DNA of 55,993 nucleotides, counting the filler, from Dugesia japonica (Eukaryota), in NCBI GenBank assembly GCA_001938525.1. It is 4 parts of 4 records of this genome, joined end to end, with 100 filler letters (N's around TTAATTAATTAA, not from the genome) between each part and the next. Parts side by side here need not be neighbours in the genome. Positions count along the whole stretch, not along the records: positions 40,155 to 55,993 come from MQRL01648449.1; 3 more parts are not named here. One strand, 5' to 3'. Shown one piece after another: positions 48,851 through 55,993 of this stretch; the first letter of the stretch is position 1, and every line of letters starts with the position of its first letter. The position numbers and the translations under genes were made by a program. The notes beneath the pieces are model-generated. The model had not been told where the DNA came from. It worked only from the letters and a program-made list of their open reading frames with translations, and did not search any database.

Positions 48851-51189
48851 AGTGTGTGCTTTCTTTTCTAAAGCAAAAAATATATATTGGTAAGTTAATT
48901 AATCGACAATCTATCGAATCTTTATGAAAATAATATTATACAATTTTGATAATGTTTTGTTCTCAAATAGTTGACGCTCTTTACAATTATTATTTTACAA
49001 CAGAACAATTATAGGCAAGGTAATCAAATGAGAGGAGCATACAAGTTTTTTAACAATTATTCCGATTTTTTAATGTACTACTGGTAATTTAAGATTTCAT
49101 CAATTGTTTTTATTTCCGTTGGGCTTACATTATTTTACCTATAAAATTATTAAGCAAATATGTTATTTATAACAATCTTATCTAAATTACAGTATGTATA
49201 AAGACTATGAATAATTTGAAATCATATTAATTTTTATATTAATGATTTTCACATATGATTTATATATTAATTATAAGATAAACTCAGCTTCCAATAATTT
49301 TAATTCTATAAATAAACAATATTACTTACATTTTAGATAACTAACAAACTACTTATAATATTTTAAAATATATTTTAAATCGATTTGCATTAAATTACAC
49401 ATGCTTATAATTTCAAATAAAAGTTAACACAATTTTTTGAAAATTATTTTTTTGTAAAGTTTCATAAATATATTTTGCATTTTACGGAAAAATAATTACT
49501 ATGTAAATTGTACCATGTTGAAAGAAATGTATTGTAACTAAANNNNNNNNNNNNNNNNNNNNNNNNNNNNNNNNNNNNNNNNNNNNNNNNNNNNCATTTC
49601 AAGATAATTAACACACCAGAAACATATTATGTAACAGATACAATCTGTAAATCAAATTTTGTAAAATGAAAATTTCATTAATGAATTAAATAATTTCTTT
49701 TAAAATATGATTAATCACTTTAGAGTGTTTATTCTTTTATTCAATAAATAGATAATAAAAATTAAACATCGGTTAATAATTGAATAAGATTTAATATCGA
49801 AATTGATTAGAATGACCCCACAAAGCGGCTACGAGTCAAATTACAAAAATAATGATTACAAATGGCTAAAAGTAGATAAACAAAATTCTAGATTAATAAT
49901 TATAAGTTTATAATTTTGTTAAAGAAAAGAACTAAAACGGGAAATTCAAAATTCAAGCAATAGTAAAATAATATTATTATGATGTCGTTATACCAGACAT
50001 TATCGTGAGAAATTTCCGTTAATGATTCTTTTATTTTATTATTTTATTGAAATTAAAAAATAAATTGAAGTTTACAAAATAATTCATTGAAATCATAAAA
50101 TGTATTTTTATTTTGACACATTCTCAATAGCAATCAACAACTGATTCAATTTAACAAAACCTTACAACCAAGTTTGAATCTATAATTATTACATGTTAAA
50201 ACAAAATTATTTGACTTGTAAAAATCCTTACAATAAATATTAAATATAGTCTTCTCATATTTCGAAGCTACTTGAAAGAAATATATTTACACGGAAATTG
50301 TCACCGGTCTCAATTATCATAAAACTTAATGTAATATAATATAATACTATAGATAGTACAATTTTGAAAAATGCTCGATTTTTTTTCCACAATATATAAA
50401 TAAATAAAAATTAATATCAATTTTGGATCTATTAATACATGTTAAAACAAAATTTCTTAAGTGATCAAACTTTGTTCCGAGAAAATACCAAATAATGAAA
50501 ATTGTAAAAAAAAAACAAAATGTACAAATTAATACAAAGTAATTTTAGTAAGAAATTTACTAGTGTAGATAAATCAATAAACTTGTTTGACAAATTAGTT
50601 CTGTTGTTAAACCATATCGTAAGTATATTAAACAATAACTGACTTTGAATCACAACATTTGACNNNNNNNNNNNNNNNNNNNNNNNNNNNNNNNNNNNNN
50701 NNNNNNNNNNNNNNNNNNNNNNNNNNNNNNNNNNNNNNNNNNNNNNNNNNNNNNNNNNNNNNNNNNNNGATAACTTGATCTTACGGAAATTTTACATGTT
50801 AGTGTCTATTGGAAAATCGAAAATCACTGTTTGTAACATGAATTATTAAATCAATTTGTTGAAAACAAATACAAAATTAATAGGGAAAAAAGATCTTTAA
50901 AAACGTTTGCTCATATTTCGAATTTTTTATATAATTTTTAATCGCAAAATTATTTATTTTTTTTTGAGTAATAATTTAAAAACTTGATAAAATATTTATA
51001 ATTATTTAATAGTTTTGATTTTAGAAATGGAATTAAAAGGAATTTCACAGATTATTATTTCCTACATTTACGGGAACTACTATGGAGCTCACAAGGAGGA
51101 ATCATAGAACAATTCATAATTAGATTTGTTAAATATAAAAATATATTTCAATATACACGAATAATCTGAAAGTTTGAAATAAAATCTAT

Positions 51190-54153
51190 TTACTTTGAAG
51201 TAACTTGAATCATATTTGTGTCAAAATCTCTTCTCGATCTAGATCGATTTACTAAACGTAAATTTTCATTTTTTTTCGGACGACGTTTACGATTATCTCC
51301 ACGATTACCGAAAGCGTCACCGCTTTTAAGTGTTTCCAATAAATTATCCAATACTTTTGCATCTTCTTCATGTGTAGCTTTGGTTTTAGTTTTTTGTCGT
51401 TCCGATTTTTCGATTTCTTTGCGCAATTGTTCTTCTCTGGCTTTCTGGCGTTTATATTCGATTTGAATTTGAATTTCCAAATCTTTATGTGCTTTCTGAA
51501 AGTTGTCTTTAAATACTTTTATGTCATGAAAGAACTCCTCCATGGAATATTTTACAATGTCGAATGAAAGATATTTCGACATATCTTTGTAAGAGAGTTG
51601 AAGCATTTTATTCATTTCAGAAATTAAAGTTAATTGTTCATTAACATTAACTAGAAACTCTTGCATTACTTCTAAGTAGAAATCATTATCCGACAGCTTT
51701 TTATATCCTTTCAGTTCTTTCTCTAAATCGTTTTTAATTTTCTTCATTTCGATAATCGTTGAATTTATCGTTTCATTGGACACTTTTGTCGCTTTATCCA
51801 AATAAGAAAATTCATTCACAACGTTCAAAAGAAACGGGTAACGGTTTTTAACTTGACTGACAAGAAATTCTATGAAAGTTCCTTCGTTTTGATTGTCTTT
51901 AGTGTCGGCGAGTTTACTCAAAAAACTGATTTGAAATCCAACAGTTTGAGAAGATTTAGAAGAGGTATTCATGAAATTTCCACACATTAGAACCAATTCC
52001 AGTATTTTTATGAAATTACTACTATTGCGAATTTCGTTTAAAGCTTGTGTGGCGCATACGATTGCTGGTTTAATATCAGAAATACGTTCGTTGAATTTCA
52101 TTTTGAATAGTAAACTATTGAGTCGAGAATGTAAATGATTGATTGTCGAGAGTGTACAACCGAATTGTTCGGCTTCGTTTAAATTTTCGTAATCATCTTT
52201 CATGTGAGCTAATTTATTTAATTGATCTGGAGGTGGGAGGTTCTTTAAAAGGTTTTCAACGTTTGTTTGAGTAAGTAGACCTTCGTCGAGCTCTAAAATT
52301 CGTCTTTTGATTTCTTCTGGTGGAACCTTTAAAGAACCCGATAAAATTGCTAAATTCTGACCTGATTTAGAATCGAGAACTTTAAATTCTTTCACCTTTT
52401 TCGATAAAGTTGAATAAGAGTTAAGCGATGAATTATCGTCGAGCTGATCTTTAGGTTTCAGTGTTTTCGTACTAAACTTTTCATCTAATTCCTTCAGAAT
52501 TTCAGTAACATTCATTTCATCATCATTTATGACTTTCCAAACACAGTTTCGGTCCAGCAATTTTATATCCACTTTATTCCAATTGGCTTTTTTCATCGGA
52601 CCTTTAGGTTTGGAATTAGGTTTTATATGCATACCGAAAGGGTAGCTTGGTTCTGTTAAAGCAGCAGATGGACCTTTAGCTGAAGGAGGAGCTAAACCAG
52701 GAGGCGGTGGGGGAGCTGATGATATACTCATAGGCGGTGGGGGAGGAGGAGGAGGTGGTGGAGGAACTGGTGACTGACTAATTGACGGTTTTAAAACTTC
52801 AGACGCTTTTATTCCAACTTTATTTTCCAAAGAAAACAATTTAGCTTCAGCTTCATGTTTCTCTTCCAACATTTTATTCATTTTATCCTGGAGCTCCGAG
52901 GAATTCTGTAGATTGTTCGGATCATTAAATTTCTCGAAAATTTCTGTTAAATTATAACCATCGAGTTGATTTAATGTGGGATCTAAACAAATTCCATCAC
53001 TGTGAAGAATTAATTCCGAGACAACATCATCAATTAATCGAAATAAGTTATAGCGAATAGGATTATCTTTAATAACTAGTAAATGTTTAATAATCGATGT
53101 GAGATAAGGGTCACAATTCGTTTGACAAAGAGATCTATTTAATATTTGGTATGCAACATCACGATCTTTAAAGCATACCTTGGCAAGATCGATTTTATTG
53201 TTGTAATCATCTTCATCAGTGTCTGTCTGAAAGGCTAAAATATACTGCTTTATGTTTTCATCATCAATATTCGATAAAGAATCCAAATACGTATTAAGTC
53301 CGCAGCGTACAAATTCTATACGTAAATGCATACGATAATTTAAATCTAAATTAGAACAAGTGCTGGTGTCATTGAAATTTGGATTGACAATAACATTTAT
53401 AAACTGAAGTGAAGGGATAAGTAAGTTGGTTTGTCTGTTAAGCATTCCAGCATTCAAGCCGCTAATAATTGGTGAAAATCTTTCTTTTATGTTTTGCAAT
53501 TGAGAACCAAGATATAAAGCATCCATGACGTTACAATGACTTTCGTAACTGTAAAATGTGAAAAGAGTTAATAATTCTATTGCTAAACACATAAGATTTG
53601 GATATTCTGGATTAAGACATAAAGTTGCATAGAGAAGAGCTTCTTTATTATGAATAAGAGTTAATAGTCCATAACCACAATTACCAAATGCCCGTAAACA
53701 TTTTAGACAATATAGAGAAATTTCTGCATTATCAACATAATGACTTAGAACAGAAATCAGTTTATTGAGACCTTTATTAGTTTCATTATTAAATTCCTTT
53801 ACTTTTGATAATGGAGAACTATTTAAATATACTCTCAGAGAATCAAGTTTCATTATAATTTTATCAAGACTCATTTGTCGTTCAATAATATCAACTAATC
53901 CATTAGCATAATTGGAAGGGTTCATTTCAGGCGTGGAATGGATTTGATTTAGCATTTTTCTTTTGTCTTCAATGCTTCGACTAAGTAATGGTTCTCTTTT
54001 ATTCAAACCTATATTGGCTTCATCCATTAATTTAGCGAATTGCTCTTCTACTTCATTATCAGTCATATCATCGCGCAAAGGAAAATCCATTATACTGACT
54101 TGTGGAATCTTTTTGTCTTTATTTTTAAATGGGGCTGCTTTCTTTTTATCCAT
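51190..54153 (-). CDS. dia: Diaphanous-related formin (GBD/FH3-FH1-FH2-DAD), 987 aa, intronless
   Basis: Open 2964-bp ORF. GBD (LDSLRVYLNSSPLS), FH3 (YRMHLRIEFVRCGL), poly-Pro FH1, FH2 (MKKANWNKV, LDSKSGQNLAIL, LELVLMCGNFMN, GFQISFLSKLADTK), DAD (VLDNLLETLKSGDAF plus RKRR). Confidence 0.97.
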   Translation of the reverse strand: MDKKKAAPFKNKDKKIPQVSIMDFPLRDDMTDNEVEEQFAKLMDEANIGLNKREPLLSRSIEDKRKMLNQIHSTPEMNPSNYANGLVDIIERQMSLDKIIMKLDSLRVYLNSSPLSKVKEFNNETNKGLNKLISVLSHYVDNAEISLYCLKCLRAFGNCGYGLLTLIHNKEALLYATLCLNPEYPNLMCLAIELLTLFTFYSYESHCNVMDALYLGSQLQNIKERFSPIISGLNAGMLNRQTNLLIPSLQFINVIVNPNFNDTSTCSNLDLNYRMHLRIEFVRCGLNTYLDSLSNIDDENIKQYILAFQTDTDEDDYNNKIDLAKVCFKDRDVAYQILNRSLCQTNCDPYLTSIIKHLLVIKDNPIRYNLFRLIDDVVSELILHSDGICLDPTLNQLDGYNLTEIFEKFNDPNNLQNSSELQDKMNKMLEEKHEAEAKLFSLENKVGIKASEVLKPSISQSPVPPPPPPPPPPPMSISSAPPPPPGLAPPSAKGPSAALTEPSYPFGMHIKPNSKPKGPMKKANWNKVDIKLLDRNCVWKVINDDEMNVTEILKELDEKFSTKTLKPKDQLDDNSSLNSYSTLSKKVKEFKVLDSKSGQNLAILSGSLKVPPEEIKRRILELDEGLLTQTNVENLLKNLPPPDQLNKLAHMKDDYENLNEAEQFGCTLSTINHLHSRLNSLLFKMKFNERISDIKPAIVCATQALNEIRNSSNFIKILELVLMCGNFMNTSSKSSQTVGFQISFLSKLADTKDNQNEGTFIEFLVSQVKNRYPFLLNVVNEFSYLDKATKVSNETINSTIIEMKKIKNDLEKELKGYKKLSDNDFYLEVMQEFLVNVNEQLTLISEMNKMLQLSYKDMSKYLSFDIVKYSMEEFFHDIKVFKDNFQKAHKDLEIQIQIEYKRQKAREEQLRKEIEKSERQKTKTKATHEEDAKVLDNLLETLKSGDAFGNRGDNRKRRPKKNENLRLVNRSRSRRDFDTNMIQVTSK

Positions 54154-55993
54154 GTTTCTAAAATTTTTAAAATATTACTTTCAGAGTACGTTAAATTTAT
54201 TTTAGATTAAATACATATAAATAAGCAGCTTATTACAACACAAATTAATAAAGTAAATATTAAAATAACGGTAAATATCAATATTTAGCACATAAAAAAT
54301 AACTATTTCTAAGTATATTTGTATCTTTAAATTTATTTGTATGATTATATAATATTGATGTAATATCCTTCATAAATCAGTTTATAAATGCGTTTTCCTA
54401 CAATATTCTACAATAGATAAATCTAAAGAGCTAAAAAATAATTGTTAATGAATAATGTATTTTAATCAGGAATTATATGAAAATAACATAATGTTAAAAG
54501 GTAATTTTTAAGAACATTGATTAATTACTAAACAAAGTGATAAATATTAACTAACTTGAAAAATTTCAAAACTTCTTTCATAATAACATGATAATAGTTA
54601 AATTGAAAAAACAATTGGATTATAAAAACAAGATAAAATAACTTTGTTAAATAATTTTCACTTAAAAATTATTTAATTTTAACTTTAAAAATATTTAAGT
54701 TCAGATTATTTTTAAACAACATGTGAAAAGTTATGATTTTTATTTGAAAGTGATTCCAATGTATAAATATCGGAAATTTAATATTAATTTGGAATTTTTT
54801 AGGTTATCAAAGATTGAAAATCTTTTGTGGCACACCAAATAAAATAGTAATAATTTTGGAAAAAATTTTCGAAAATATATTTTGTTATAAATTTGTCTAT
54901 GCAAATTATATCTTAAACAAAAATAATTGATAAAATTTTTTGAAAGTTAAATTTTTCAAAGCTCTCATACTAAGAATCAATTGACATATGTTTAAAAACT
55001 TATCTTTTTTCTTAACGAGTGCCTTTCAAATATTAAAATTCTTTCCGCCAATAATACATATACTCTAAAAGAATATGTATATTTAAATTAGTTAAATAAA
55101 TTAATTGAGGAAAAGTTAAAATATATTTTGATAATTAATATTGGTAAATATTGTTTTAATAATTGAAAATAGCGAAAATAGTTAGTGAGTTAGAAATTGA
55201 AAATTGTAAGAAGATTTAATGTAAGTATATCTGCATATTTACTTGAACTTTTATTATTACATATTATTGTTTGACCTATTTATTTTTTCTAATTATTATT
55301 GGTTGGAATTATTTTACGAGTTCCACATTATCGCTATTATTTTTGAATTAACTGTACGTGAGTATTTTACTGATTTTTATTATGATTTATATACTTGTTC
55401 AGTAATTGTAGTTGTTATAATTCAAATGAAATATTTTTGATTAATATTGTTAGGTTGCTGATTCCACCAAGTTAGATTCAAGTGCGTCTACAGAAAAGGC
55501 GTAAATAATCGATTACCCAACTTTAGAAAAAATCTTTGTTCACAGTAATACTAACTCGAAATCCACAAAGTTTTATTTGAACAACAATAAATCAATTGAT
55601 TTTAACAAATAAATCTTTAACCAATTTGGCAAATTTTTGCAAAATTACATTCGTTATATATACCAATCATACACACTTAACATTAAATTCACAAAGAGAA
55701 AGATCCAATAAAATGTTTTATCAAGTTATGATCAATCCAAAAGTTTTTGCACACATGACTCAACCAATGAAACATTGACAAATACAAAATTTTGAGATAA
55801 TTCTGTATTTGCAAATCTACCAATAAAATGATTCTGCTATGCCGATCACCAATTGACCGCACGTCAACTTTCACTAAAACGAAACAAATGAAGGGTTCGG
55901 GATCTACTCCGTAAAATTTTAAATTATAATTATGTTGGGTATTTCTACTCAACAAAAGATTTTATGGTTCGAAAATATATATATTAATTAAAA

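Noticed and set aside
51218-54205. Plus-strand ORFs overlapping the formin
   Set aside because: Antisense shadow ORFs of the real gene.
55243-55993. Short ORFs or possible exons at the window end
   Set aside because: No recognisable domain and no consistent splice model.

Overview
Very AT-rich eukaryotic (metazoan-type) draft scaffold. It has many N gaps and three artificial TTAATTAATTAA contig linkers (9893, 24712, 40099), so adjacency across those points is unreliable. Layout: (1) ~0.8-8.8 kb is a decayed Polinton/Maverick- or adintovirus/MELD-like endogenous virus (adenain protease, minor capsid, packaging ATPase, rve integrase, major capsid, a pair of HTH genes). No polymerase is visible, and its ORFs contain many short GC-rich mini-hairpins. 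(2) ~8.9-22 kb is a nest of Ty3/Gypsy fragments. Two of them carry a related accessory-gene cassette between pol and a PPT/LTR-like site, and one cassette includes a BIR-BIR-RING inhibitor-of-apoptosis (IAP) pseudogene. (3) 24-49 kb holds DNA-transposon relics (piggyBac, two mariners, DD37D-like, pogo, hAT MITEs) and a spliced C19orf47-like host gene with ~40-50 bp introns and one ~6 kb intron. (4) An intact, intronless Diaphanous formin lies at 51190-54153. The tiny introns and low GC suggest a compact invertebrate genome such as an orthonectid-like parasite, but that is inference only. All family assignments come from motif recognition by eye, not database searches, and pseudogene boundaries are approximate.
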